64,000 nucleotides of DNA from Dehalococcoidia bacterium (lineage in GTDB: Bacteria > Chloroflexota > Dehalococcoidia > Lucifugimonadales > Australimonadaceae). Shown piece by piece: positions 34,717 through 43,318 of the stretch. The stretch's first letter is position 1. Every line of letters starts with the position of its first letter. The DNA lies in the NCBI GenBank assembly GCA_022820645.1, contig JAJEFD010000006.1:79537-143536 (forward strand). Reading direction: 5' to 3'. Position numbers and translations under genes: made by a program. A model generated the notes under the pieces. The model saw only the letters and a program-made list of their open reading frames with translations, was not told the origin of the DNA and ran no database searches.

Positions 34717-35135
34717 TGACGAGCGGCGCGTACCAGGGCCCCCTGCCCGTCAAGCAGCCGGAGTCCGACTTCTACTGGGAGAAGGCGCAGGCGCACGAGC
34801 TGTGGCTGCGCCGGTGCAACGCCTGTGAGCACGCCTACTTCTACCCGCGCGACTTCTGCCCGGACTGCGGCTCGCGCGACGTGTCGTGGGTGCAGGCGAG
34901 CGGCAAGGGGACGCTGCACACGTTCGCCATCGTGCACCGGGCCCCGGTGCCCGCCTTCCGCGACCACGTGCCGTTCGTCGTCGCGATGGTCGACCTCGAG
35001 GAGGGGCCCCGCATCCCCACCAACCTCGTCGACGTCGAGCCCGACCCCGCGCACATCCACGTCGGCATGGCGGTCGAGGTCGCCTTCGCAGACCTCACCG
35101 ACGAGATCACGCTGCCGGTGTTCCGGCCCTCGTGA
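34716..35135 (+). CDS. Zn-ribbon/OB-fold protein (DUF35), partner of the thiolase-like protein
   Basis: FYWEKAQAHELWLRRCNACEHAYFYPRDFCPDCGS...W..ASGKGTLHTFAIV. ATG overlaps the upstream stop (TGATG). Confidence 0.75.
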   Translation: MTSGAYQGPLPVKQPESDFYWEKAQAHELWLRRCNACEHAYFYPRDFCPDCGSRDVSWVQASGKGTLHTFAIVHRAPVPAFRDHVPFVVAMVDLEEGPRIPTNLVDVEPDPAHIHVGMAVEVAFADLTDEITLPVFRPS

Positions 35136-35143
35136 GAGACGGG

Positions 35144-35151
35144 TGTATAAT
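35144..35151 (+). promoter_or_regulatory. Extended -10 element TGTATAAT, implying a leaderless transcript
   Basis: A perfect TGnTATAAT ends 6 nt before the A of ATG 35158. There is no room for a Shine-Dalgarno sequence. Confidence 0.45.
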
Positions 35152-35157
35152 TCCGAC

Positions 35158-35361
35158 ATGAGCACGGACTACGCCAAGCGCATCACCATCGAGCCGGGCA
35201 AGCGCGGCGGCAAGCCCTGCATCCGCGGGCTGCGCATCACGGTCGCCGACGTACTCGGCTACCTCGAATCCGGCATGTCGGAGAGCGACATCCTCACCGA
35301 TTTCCCCGAACTGACACACGAGGATATCGAGGCGTGCCGCGCGTACGCTGCTGAACACTGA
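35158..35361 (+). CDS. DUF433-family antitoxin-like protein
   Basis: ITIEPGKRGGKPCIRGLRITVADVLGYLESGMSESDILTDFPELTHEDIEAC is the DUF433 signature. Confidence 0.75.
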   Translation: MSTDYAKRITIEPGKRGGKPCIRGLRITVADVLGYLESGMSESDILTDFPELTHEDIEACRAYAAEH

Positions 35362-35382
35362 CCTTCCTCTTCCCTTGACTGG

Positions 35383-35718
35383 ATGAAACTCCTGTTCGAC
35401 CAGAACCTCTCCTCACGCCTCGTTCAAGCACTGCATGACCTCTATCCCGATTCGGCCCACCTCAAGGACGTTGGGCTCGAATCCGCAGACGACGCGGCCG
35501 TATGGGAATACGCAAAGGAGCACGGGTTCACCATCACGTCCAAGGACTTCGACTTCTGGCAGTTCAGCTTCACGCTTGGACAGCCGCCCAAGGTGATATG
35601 GGTCCAACTCGGCAATTGCACGACATCGGACGTGGAGGCTGCGCTTCGCCGCCGCTACAACGATCTCACCGCCTTCGACCAAGACGAGCGCGAGTCTTTC
35701 CTGACGCTACGCCCCTAG
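35383..35718 (+). CDS. DUF5615 (PIN-like/Mut7-C-like) toxin-like protein
   Basis: MKLLFDQNLSSRLVQAL...DAAVWEYAKEHGFTITSKDFDF, typical of DUF5615 partners of DUF433. Confidence 0.65.
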   Translation: MKLLFDQNLSSRLVQALHDLYPDSAHLKDVGLESADDAAVWEYAKEHGFTITSKDFDFWQFSFTLGQPPKVIWVQLGNCTTSDVEAALRRRYNDLTAFDQDERESFLTLRP

Positions 35719-35730
35719 TGCGCTCTCCAT

Positions 35731-36225
35731 TCACTCCGTGAGCTTGAGCAGTTCCCAGATCTCGTCGCGGGCGGCGCGGGCACGAGCGTAGTCGACACCG
35801 AAGTAGGCCATCGTGCGGCAGCCCACGCTCTCCGGGATGGCGAGCAGCCCCAGCAAGATGTGCTCGGTGCCGATGGGATAGGCCGAGTGGAACTGCTCCG
35901 CCTCGGCCAGCGACAGCTCCATCGTCCGGAGCGCCTCCGGCGTGTGGGGCTTGTCCCACAGCGTGAAGACGCGCTCCTCATGGTCGGGCAGCGGACGCCC
36001 GTGCAGCAACTCGAACTCGGTGATCGAGGCGGCGAGCGCCATGTCCACGCCCAGCCGGCGGAGCATCAGCCCACCCGCGCACTCCGGGTGTCGGATGACG
36101 CCGAGGAGCAGGTGGCCCGTCATCAGCGCCGACCGGGGCCTCGACGCGCTCTCGAACGACTCGACGCCATGCTCCCACGCCAGTCGGGCGCACCGTCCCA
36201 TGCGCTCCCAGGTCAGCTCGGCCAT
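35731..36225 (-). CDS. Stand-alone Clp N-terminal (double Clp_N repeat) domain protein
   Basis: Two repeats: MTGHLLLGVIRHPECAGGLMLRRLGVD and IGTEHILLGLLAIPESVGCRTMAYFGVD. Start at MAELTW. Confidence 0.65.
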   Translation of the reverse strand: MAELTWERMGRCARLAWEHGVESFESASRPRSALMTGHLLLGVIRHPECAGGLMLRRLGVDMALAASITEFELLHGRPLPDHEERVFTLWDKPHTPEALRTMELSLAEAEQFHSAYPIGTEHILLGLLAIPESVGCRTMAYFGVDYARARAARDEIWELLKLTE

Positions 36226-36230
36226 GACGG

Positions 36231-36986
36231 CTAGTGCACTTCCCTGCCGCCGTTGACGACGATCATCTGGCCGGAGATGAAGCGCGCGTCGTCGGTGAAG
36301 AGGAACGTCATCACGCCGGTCAGGTCCTCGGGTACGCCGCGCCGGACGAGCGACGCCTCCGGCTCCGGGTAGGCCTCGTCCGCGCCGATAGGCTCCTCCG
36401 TGTCGGAGGTCGTCGAGCCCGGCGCGACCGTGACGACGTTGATGTTGTACTGGCCGAGCTCGCGGGCAACTGCCCGAGTGATGCCGATGATGGCCGACTT
36501 CGACGAGACGTAGTGCGGGTTCATGTCTGTCGGCCCGCGCGCGATGCGGAGCGTACTGCCGGAGCTGACGTTGACGATGGTGCCAGAGCGCTGTTCCCGC
36601 ATGTAGGGGAAGACTGCGCGCACGCCCAGGAACGTGCCGCGTGCGTTGACCGCGAAGACGCGGTCCCACGTCTCCATGTCCACGTCCAGGATGGACTTCA
36701 CCCCCAGCCCGCGCATCATCCCCGCGTTGTTCAGCAGGCCGTCGATGCGCCCGTACTGCTCGTGCGTGCGGCGGGCCATCTCCTGCGTCTCGTCCTCGGA
36801 GGAGACGTCGACGCGCAGCGGGATGACCTCGGCGCCCTCGGCCCGGCAGAGCTCCGCCGTCCTGCTCACGTCCTGCACGTCGGCGATGGTGAGCCTCGCG
36901 CCTTCCTTCGCGAAGCGGATGGCGTACTGCCGCCCGAGTCCGCCTGCCGCGCCCGTCACGATGATGGCCTTGTCCTGCAATCGCAT
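36231..36986 (-). CDS. Short-chain dehydrogenase/reductase
   Basis: TGAAGGLG, NNAG, YVSSK (YxxxK). Confidence 0.8.
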   Translation of the reverse strand: MRLQDKAIIVTGAAGGLGRQYAIRFAKEGARLTIADVQDVSRTAELCRAEGAEVIPLRVDVSSEDETQEMARRTHEQYGRIDGLLNNAGMMRGLGVKSILDVDMETWDRVFAVNARGTFLGVRAVFPYMREQRSGTIVNVSSGSTLRIARGPTDMNPHYVSSKSAIIGITRAVARELGQYNINVVTVAPGSTTSDTEEPIGADEAYPEPEASLVRRGVPEDLTGVMTFLFTDDARFISGQMIVVNGGREVH

Positions 36987-37010
36987 CTCGCGCCCTCCTT
37001 ACGTCTGAAA

Positions 37011-37047
37011 CCCTCACCCTGGCCCTCTCCCCAAGGGAGAGAGAACC
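37011..37047 (+). repeat. Family C palindromic repeat, second copy
   Basis: ccctcaccctggccctctccccaagggagagagaacc. Same orientation as the copy at 29881. Confidence 0.65.
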
Positions 37048-37052
37048 ACAGC

Positions 37053-37982
37053 CTACCCGCCGCCCGCCACCGCGTCCACGACCCGGCGCAAGGCCGCGAT
37101 GTGCGCCGGGCCCGTACCGCAGCAGCCGCCCACGATGCGGCAGCCGTCGGCCAGCCAGCGCTCCGCGCCCGCGGCGAGTACCTCCGGCGTGAAGTCGTCG
37201 TCGAACTCCCAGTTGGGGCGCGCATAGGTCCCCCCGTGGGGATAGGCGCCCAGCGGGCCGTCCCAGACGCTCCGCAGCACGGCGAGCGATGGCTCCACCT
37301 CGGGGGTCCGCGTGTGCATGATGAACGCGACCTCGACGCCGGAGAGATCGATGCGCCGCAGCGACTCCTCCAGCGGCTCGTCGGGCTCGTTCAAGAGTGT
37401 GAGGCTGCTCTTCTCGTCCACCGCGCTGGAGAACCCGGCCCACACCGGCAGACCCGCCGTCGCCGCAGCAGCGAGTTCGACCCTGGCGCGCTCGACGTGC
37501 GACAGCATCTCCACCATGAGGAAGTCCACGCCCGCATCCGCGAGTATGCGCGCCTGCGAAGCGAGCGCCCAATCTTCCTCTGCGGGGGCCACCTTACCCT
37601 CCGGGCCCCGGTAGCTGGTGGTCGTCATGCAGCCAGCCACGAGTAGCGGGCGTTCTGCTCCGGCGTGTTCGCGCGCCTCCAGCGCGAGCGTCACGGCCGC
37701 GCGGTTCAGCTCCTCCTCGCGCCCGTGTATCCCGTGCGCGGCCAGACTCAGCTCCACGCAGCCGAACGTATTGGTGCTGATGATGTCCGCGCCCGCGGCG
37801 ATGAAGTCGGCATGGATGGCGCGGAGCGTGTCCGGCATCTCGGCGTTCGCAAGGTTCGCCCACGCCCCAAGCGAGCCACCCCGCCGCGCCACCTCGGAGC
37901 CGATGCCGCCGTCGAGCACGGCAAACCCGCCTTCGGCGAGCCGCCCCATCACCGTTTCGTATGCCGCGCTGCGCTGAGTCAT
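37053..37982 (-). CDS. Homocysteine S-methyltransferase-domain protein
   Basis: LDGGIGSE, ISTNTFG, and C-terminal GGCCGTGPAHI (Zn-binding Cys pair). Confidence 0.75.
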   Translation of the reverse strand: MTQRSAAYETVMGRLAEGGFAVLDGGIGSEVARRGGSLGAWANLANAEMPDTLRAIHADFIAAGADIISTNTFGCVELSLAAHGIHGREEELNRAAVTLALEAREHAGAERPLLVAGCMTTTSYRGPEGKVAPAEEDWALASQARILADAGVDFLMVEMLSHVERARVELAAAATAGLPVWAGFSSAVDEKSSLTLLNEPDEPLEESLRRIDLSGVEVAFIMHTRTPEVEPSLAVLRSVWDGPLGAYPHGGTYARPNWEFDDDFTPEVLAAGAERWLADGCRIVGGCCGTGPAHIAALRRVVDAVAGGG

Positions 37983-38061
37983 GGGAAGAGCCTATCACCG
38001 TCAGTCCAAGGGAGCGTCGTATACTACGAAGAGCCGCCTGAGCGGCGAGGAGGAAGCAGCG

Positions 38062-38844
38062 ATGACCACGGAGTCCCAGGAGATCAAGCGGCTGGTGAGC
38101 GAGCGCTACGCGAAGGACGCGAAGGTGGTCATCGGGCTGACCGCCGTCGAGGCAACATCCGCCGAGGCCGACGCCTGTTGCGCCCCTTCAGGCCAGGAGC
38201 GCGCGATGACGCTGTACGAGGAGGCGCAGTTGTCCGGGCTGCCCGCCGAGTCGATCGCCATCTCGCTCGGGTGCGGCAACCCGACGGCGCTCGCGGACCT
38301 CAAGGAAGGTGAGCGCGTGCTCGACCTGGGGTCCGGCGGGGGCATCGACTGCTTCCTCGCAGCGCAGCAGGTGGGCGAATCCGGGCGCGTCACCGGGCTC
38401 GACATGACGCCCGACATGCTGGACCTCGCGCGGAGCAACCAGGCCAAGCTCGGACTGACAAACGTGGAGTTCGTGAAGGGCGAGATCGAGAACATCCCGC
38501 TGCCGGACGCGTCGGTGGACGTAGTCATCTCCAACTGCGTCGTCTGCCTGTCGCCGGACAAGGATGCGGTCTTCCGCGAAGCGTTCCGCGTGCTTTCGCC
38601 GGGCGGCAGGCTGCACATCTCCGACATGATGGCACTCAACGACGACGGTCCCGCACAGAAGGACGTAGAGGCGTGGGTGTCGTGCACCGCCGGGGCGGAG
38701 CCGAAGGACACGTACCTCGGACGGCTGCGCGACGCGGGTTTCGAGGGCATAGCCATCACCGAGGAGTCGGCGCATGTCGAGAACGACGCCCCGGCGGACG
38801 TCTCCAGCGTGAAGGTCGTGGCGCGCAAGCCGGGTCAGGCGTAG
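38062..38844 (+). CDS. arsM: Arsenite S-adenosylmethionine methyltransferase-like protein
   Basis: LGCGNP, VLDLGSGGGIDCF, VISNCVVCLS, WVSCTAGA and an N-terminal CC pair are in the positions of the ArsM catalytic cysteines. RBS GAGGAGG. Confidence 0.65.
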   Translation: MTTESQEIKRLVSERYAKDAKVVIGLTAVEATSAEADACCAPSGQERAMTLYEEAQLSGLPAESIAISLGCGNPTALADLKEGERVLDLGSGGGIDCFLAAQQVGESGRVTGLDMTPDMLDLARSNQAKLGLTNVEFVKGEIENIPLPDASVDVVISNCVVCLSPDKDAVFREAFRVLSPGGRLHISDMMALNDDGPAQKDVEAWVSCTAGAEPKDTYLGRLRDAGFEGIAITEESAHVENDAPADVSSVKVVARKPGQA

Positions 38845-39002
38845 AAGGCGAAGCCCAATAGCCGAAATGGAGGTATTACGCCTCTCTCCTTGATTCCAGC
38901 GGCAGCCGTGACAACGGTAGAATTCGCAGTGAAACAGAAGCCGTCCAACTCGTGTTGCCAGTTGCACCCGCCTTCGAGATGAGGAACGGATAGGAGACCA
39001 GT

Positions 39003-39242
39003 ATGCGCCCAAGCTTGATACTGATACCCGCCACCGCCGCGGCAGCCGCAGGCTTCCTGGTGAAGGACCGGGCGGCCAAGCTCGCTGTCGGTGCGGCAAA
39101 AGCCGCGACCCGCAAAGTGCGGGAGGCGACCGCGCAAGAGGGTTCGATCAGAATGGATACGGCCGCCGACTGGTTCGGAGCGGCGGCGAAAGAGCGCTAC
39201 GGCGAGGTGGACGCCGCCAAGCCGGAGCGCAGGTCAGAGTAG
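39003..39242 (+). CDS. Small Ala-rich protein with an N-terminal hydrophobic segment (YtxH-like?)
   Basis: 79 aa, with RBS-like TAGGAGA. Shares ...R(M)D/E..AADWF..AAK.RY with the next gene. Low-GC islet (about 54% by hand count). Confidence 0.4.
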   Translation: MRPSLILIPATAAAAAGFLVKDRAAKLAVGAAKAATRKVREATAQEGSIRMDTAADWFGAAAKERYGEVDAAKPERRSE

Positions 39243-39271
39243 TCGGAGCTATAGCCCCGACGGGAGACTTC

Positions 39272-39685
39272 ATGCCCTTCCCCGTGATCCCAATGGCCGC
39301 TGTGGCGGTAGTAGGTTCTGTAGCAAAGCAGAAGGCAGCCCAACTCGCATTCTCGATAGCGATAGCTACGGCCAGTAAAGTACTCGCGCCGACCGCAAAG
39401 GCGGCTGCGAGGGCAGGAGTGGATAGGATGGAGAAGGCCGCCGACTGGTTCGAAGAGGCAGCCAAGCGCTATGAGTTTGCCGCAGCCGAATCGGAGGGCA
39501 AGAAGCGTCTCTATCTCAGTGCTGAAGCCGCAGGCGCGAAGGGGATGGCGGCAGGACTCAGAGAAATCGCGACGTTGATCGAGCAAAACGCAGACGATGC
39601 CGCCGTGAGATCAGCCGTGACCAAGGCTGAGGGCAAGCTGAAGGAACTTGCAGCCCGCAGACGAACACCTCCGGCAACCGAGTAA
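39272..39685 (+). CDS. Small Ala-rich protein, paralogue of the preceding gene with a helical C-terminal extension
   Basis: 137 aa. VDRMEKAADWFEEAAKRYEF aligns with IRMDTAADWFGAAAKERYGE of the upstream ORF. RBS GGGAGA. Confidence 0.4.
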   Translation: MPFPVIPMAAVAVVGSVAKQKAAQLAFSIAIATASKVLAPTAKAAARAGVDRMEKAADWFEEAAKRYEFAAAESEGKKRLYLSAEAAGAKGMAAGLREIATLIEQNADDAAVRSAVTKAEGKLKELAARRRTPPATE

Positions 39686-39709
39686 CCCCACCGTAGCCTA
39701 GTGGCCACT

Positions 39710-39738
39710 CTGGATTCCCGCTTTCGCGGGAATGACGG
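39710..39738 (-). repeat. Family A palindromic repeat copy (inverted orientation)
   Basis: ctggattcccgctttcgcgggaatgacgg is the reverse complement of the GTCATTCCCGCGAAnGCGGGAATCCAG core. Confidence 0.75.
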
Positions 39739-39748
39739 AGTCGGTAGC

Positions 39749-40915
39749 CTACCCGCTGATCCCCGCGCCTGCGGGGACAGGCAGGCCGTAGAGCTTGGTG
39801 GTGCCCTTCCAGAGGATGCGCGATTTCTGTTCGTCGCTGAGGTCGGGGCGGTTGTAGATGTAGCGCGGCGAGTCCGGCACCCGGTGCGCGTGGGGGATGT
39901 CGCTCGCGTACACCCAGCAGTCCGTCCCGTACTTGTTCACCATGTAGGGCAGCAGGTCGTCGTCGACCTCGAAGCCGATGAAGATGCGGCCATCCCTGAT
40001 GTACTCCAGCGGCGTCGCCTCCGGCAGACCGCGCTCCACGATGGCCTTGTGCTCGGAGCGTATCGTGCCGAGCTCCAGCCGGTCCTTCACGTTGTCGAGC
40101 GTGAAGTCCATCACGGCGACGGCGAAGTCCACCCAGGTGCAGCCCGTCTCGAGGAACGACACCTTCACCTTCGGGTAGCGGTCGAGGATGCCGGAGCCGC
40201 AGATCGTCTTGAAGCCGCGCACCACCGACATGAGGAACTGGTCGCCCGCGATGTTGCGGTAGGTCTTCATCGCGTCGCGCGCGCCGGTGCCGGGGTGCAC
40301 GTTCACCGGCATCTCGAGGTCCTGCGCCGCGGCCCAGAAGCACTCGAGACTGGGGTGGTCCAGCGCCTTGTCGGAGTAGTCGCCGAACACCATCACGCCG
40401 ACCGAGCCCATCTTCTTCGTGCGTTCCATCTCGCGGACGGCCTCGGCGGGGTCGCGCGGGTCGATCGCCGTCACCCACTTCAGCCGGTCGGGCGACTGGT
40501 TGGAGACGTCGGCGACCCAGCTGTTGTAGGAGCGGGTGAGGGCGGCGTTCAGCGCCGGATCGCTGGCGATGGGCCAGCTCAAGAGCAGCGTGGGGTAGTT
40601 GACGGAGAGGTACGTGTTCTCCGCGTCCATCACCGCGAGCCGCGCCTCGGCGGAGTGGAACTCGCCGCTCTCGTGCGGGCCGCGCCACTTCGCCATCTTC
40701 TCGTACTCGGTGGAGACGACGCCGTCCTTGCTGGAGGGCGAGCCGCCGATGCGGATGCGCTCGCCGTCGATCTCCCAGATGAAGTCGTGCTCGAACTCGC
40801 CGGTCTCGACCACCTTCGGGCGGCGATCGCGGAACCCGGGCTCCAGGTAGTCGTCGGACCAGGTGGCCTCCCACTCCTCGACGTGCCCGTCGCCGTCCAC
40901 CGCCAGGATGTCCAT
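39749..40915 (-). CDS. Amidohydrolase-2 family protein
   Basis: Start at MDILAVDGDGHV (RBS GAGGAG). Further blocks VNVHPGTG and ASDIPHAH. Confidence 0.7.
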   Translation of the reverse strand: MDILAVDGDGHVEEWEATWSDDYLEPGFRDRRPKVVETGEFEHDFIWEIDGERIRIGGSPSSKDGVVSTEYEKMAKWRGPHESGEFHSAEARLAVMDAENTYLSVNYPTLLLSWPIASDPALNAALTRSYNSWVADVSNQSPDRLKWVTAIDPRDPAEAVREMERTKKMGSVGVMVFGDYSDKALDHPSLECFWAAAQDLEMPVNVHPGTGARDAMKTYRNIAGDQFLMSVVRGFKTICGSGILDRYPKVKVSFLETGCTWVDFAVAVMDFTLDNVKDRLELGTIRSEHKAIVERGLPEATPLEYIRDGRIFIGFEVDDDLLPYMVNKYGTDCWVYASDIPHAHRVPDSPRYIYNRPDLSDEQKSRILWKGTTKLYGLPVPAGAGISG

Positions 40916-41038
40916 CGCCCCTGCTCCTCGTTCCAAGATGGCGCAATCCTACCACGCGAGAGGGTGCCCGGCGCGCCCTACCCCTGTGCCACGGTATCTA
41001 GTAGAGTCCTTCCTGATACCAGCAGGAGGACCAGAACA

Positions 41039-41839
41039 ATGCCGAGAGAATGGGACGAGGTCAAATACGAGGTGGCGGTCGCGAACCGCGTACTCGCCGA
41101 AGTGGGACTCGCGACCGGCTTCCGGGCGTCGCTGGGGCACGCCAGCATGCGCCTGCCGAACGACCCGGACAAGTTCGTGGTGAAGGGCCGCGGTTACGCC
41201 GTCGACGCGCTGCACTCCATGCGCCCGCAGGACATGATCGTCGTGGACATCGAGGGCTACAAGGTGGACGGGCCGGTCGGCTCCTCCCAGCCGTTCGAGG
41301 TCATCATGCACTCCTCCATCATGAAGGCGCGCCCGGAGGTCAACTCCGTGGTGCACGTGCATCCGCACTACACCATCCTCGCCACGACGCTCGGGAGACG
41401 CCTCCGCCCCATGAACCAGGAGGGCGCACAACTGGTGCAGAAGGAACTGCCCGTGTGGAACCACGTCAAGACCGTGCAGACGGAGGAGGAGGGCGCCGAA
41501 GTCGCCACGCTGATGGGCGACTCTCCCGTCATCCTGCTGCGCGGCCACGGCGCGACGAGCGCGGGCAGCAGCCTGGAAGACGCGGTGATGACGATGATGC
41601 AGCTGGAGGAGCAGGCCAAGATGAACTACTGGGCCTACTCCGCCGCCGGACCGGACCACCCCTACCTCGAGGACGAGTTGGTCAATGAGATGTCCGGGCG
41701 CACGCCGTTGCCGCAACTGCCGCACTTCGCGCAGGTGCTCCCTTCCGGCTGGCGCCCGAGGGTCGGCGGCGTCTGGCAGTACTACACACGCGTCGTCACC
41801 GACAACCCGGAGGCGAAGCCGGACATCAGCAGACCGTAG
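41039..41839 (+). CDS. Class II aldolase/adducin-domain protein
   Basis: LGHASMRLP...FVVKGRG...VVHVHPHYT...LLRGHGATSAGSSLEDAV. RBS AGGAGGA. Confidence 0.75.
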   Translation: MPREWDEVKYEVAVANRVLAEVGLATGFRASLGHASMRLPNDPDKFVVKGRGYAVDALHSMRPQDMIVVDIEGYKVDGPVGSSQPFEVIMHSSIMKARPEVNSVVHVHPHYTILATTLGRRLRPMNQEGAQLVQKELPVWNHVKTVQTEEEGAEVATLMGDSPVILLRGHGATSAGSSLEDAVMTMMQLEEQAKMNYWAYSAAGPDHPYLEDELVNEMSGRTPLPQLPHFAQVLPSGWRPRVGGVWQYYTRVVTDNPEAKPDISRP

Positions 41840-41883
41840 GCGCTGGGCGCGGCGCATCCCGCTCTAAACCGCCCGCGCCGCGC

Positions 41884-41912
41884 TTGACCCGTGTCTACTC
41901 CCGCCCTACTCT
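41884..41912 (+). promoter_or_regulatory. Putative promoter of Rieske gene R1 (TTGACC-17-TACTCT)
   Basis: Lies 40 nt upstream of ATG 41952. The whole ~70-bp leader is duplicated in front of R3. Confidence 0.4.
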
Positions 41913-41951
41913 TACGCTACGCAAATCTGCGCACGCGAGGTGAACGCACGC

Positions 41952-43280
41952 ATGCTCAGCGTCAAAGCGAACCAGGAACTCACGCAGGTCAGCGCAGGCA
42001 CGCCGATGGGCGAACTGATGCGACGCTACTGGCACCCCATCGCAGGAGCGGCGGAGCTCGACGAGCGCCCCACCAAGGCCGTCCGCCTGCTCGGTGAGGA
42101 CCTCGTCCTCTACAAGGACAAGTCAGGCACGCTGGGCCTCATCGACCGCTTCTGCCCGCATCGCAGGGTCGACCTCTCCTACGGCATCCCCGAGGAGCAT
42201 GGGCTCCGGTGCATGTACCACGGCTGGATGATGGACGAGACCGGCCAGTGCATCGAGCAGCCGTTCGAGGAGACCGTCCACCCGGACGGACGCTTCAAGG
42301 AGAAGGTCAAGGTCGCCGGCTACCCGGTCGAGGTCGCAGGCGGACTCGTGTTCGCGTACCTCGGGCCGCAGCCCGTCCCGTTCCTGCCGCTGTGGGAGCC
42401 GCTCGTGTGGGACAACGCGGTGCGCGACATCGCCATCTCCCACCTGCCCTGCAACTGGCTCCAGTGCCAGGAGAACTCGCTCGACCCTGTGCACGTCGAG
42501 TGGGCGCACTCCTACTGGGGGCAGTACGTGCAACAGGGCCCCGGTTTCAAAGGCGCGCTGCTCGACCTGCCGACCCACCAGAAGATCGGGTTCGACATCT
42601 TCGAGCACGGCGTCGTGAAGCGCCGCGTGTTCAAGGGCTACACCGAGGAGGACGACGACTGGAAGCACGGCCACCCGGTCTTCGTGCCGAACATCCTGCT
42701 CGTCGGCTCCGAGGTCTCGGTGACGATGCAGTTCCGCGTCCCGATAGACGACGAGAACACGCTGCACGTTTCCCTCTACACGTGGAGGGGCGCTCCCGGC
42801 CAGCCCGTGCCTAAACAGGAGTCCGTCCCCTACCGGGAGGTGCCGCTGCTCGACGAGAACGGCCGCTGGATCGTGGACGTGGTGTTCAACCAGGACTACA
42901 CGATGTGGGTGACGCAGGGGCCCATCGCCAAGCGGAACCTCGAGCATCTCGGCGAGTCCGACCGCGGCCTCATCCTCTACCGGAAGCTGCTCCGCGAGCA
43001 GATGGACATCGTCGCCGACGGCGGGGATCCGATGAACGTCTTCCGCACCCCCGCGCCGGAGGGCGGCATCGTCGCGCCGCTGGAGCGGGTCAAGTTCGGG
43101 ATGAAGCGCGCCAAGAAGTACATCCCCGGCGAGGCCGGATACTCCCGCGACGGTGAACTCATCAACCAGGTGCTCCAGACGTGGGAGGAGTTGCCGGATC
43201 GCGCGCCCGCTGCTTCCGAGGACGAACTCAAGGAGGCCGCAGGCGCCGTGGATGGCATCAAGGACAACTGGCCGCTGTAG
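41952..43280 (+). CDS. Rieske non-heme-iron oxygenase alpha subunit - R1
   Basis: CPHRRVDLSYGIPEEHGLRCMYHGW and NSLDPVHVEWAH. ATG with RBS GAGGTG, chosen by analogy with R3 (both start MLSVKANQELTQVSAGTP). Confidence 0.85.
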   Translation: MLSVKANQELTQVSAGTPMGELMRRYWHPIAGAAELDERPTKAVRLLGEDLVLYKDKSGTLGLIDRFCPHRRVDLSYGIPEEHGLRCMYHGWMMDETGQCIEQPFEETVHPDGRFKEKVKVAGYPVEVAGGLVFAYLGPQPVPFLPLWEPLVWDNAVRDIAISHLPCNWLQCQENSLDPVHVEWAHSYWGQYVQQGPGFKGALLDLPTHQKIGFDIFEHGVVKRRVFKGYTEEDDDWKHGHPVFVPNILLVGSEVSVTMQFRVPIDDENTLHVSLYTWRGAPGQPVPKQESVPYREVPLLDENGRWIVDVVFNQDYTMWVTQGPIAKRNLEHLGESDRGLILYRKLLREQMDIVADGGDPMNVFRTPAPEGGIVAPLERVKFGMKRAKKYIPGEAGYSRDGELINQVLQTWEELPDRAPAASEDELKEAAGAVDGIKDNWPL

Positions 43281-43318
43281 CTTGGGGCACCGGTGAACGA
43301 ATACGAGGAGGCCACGCG

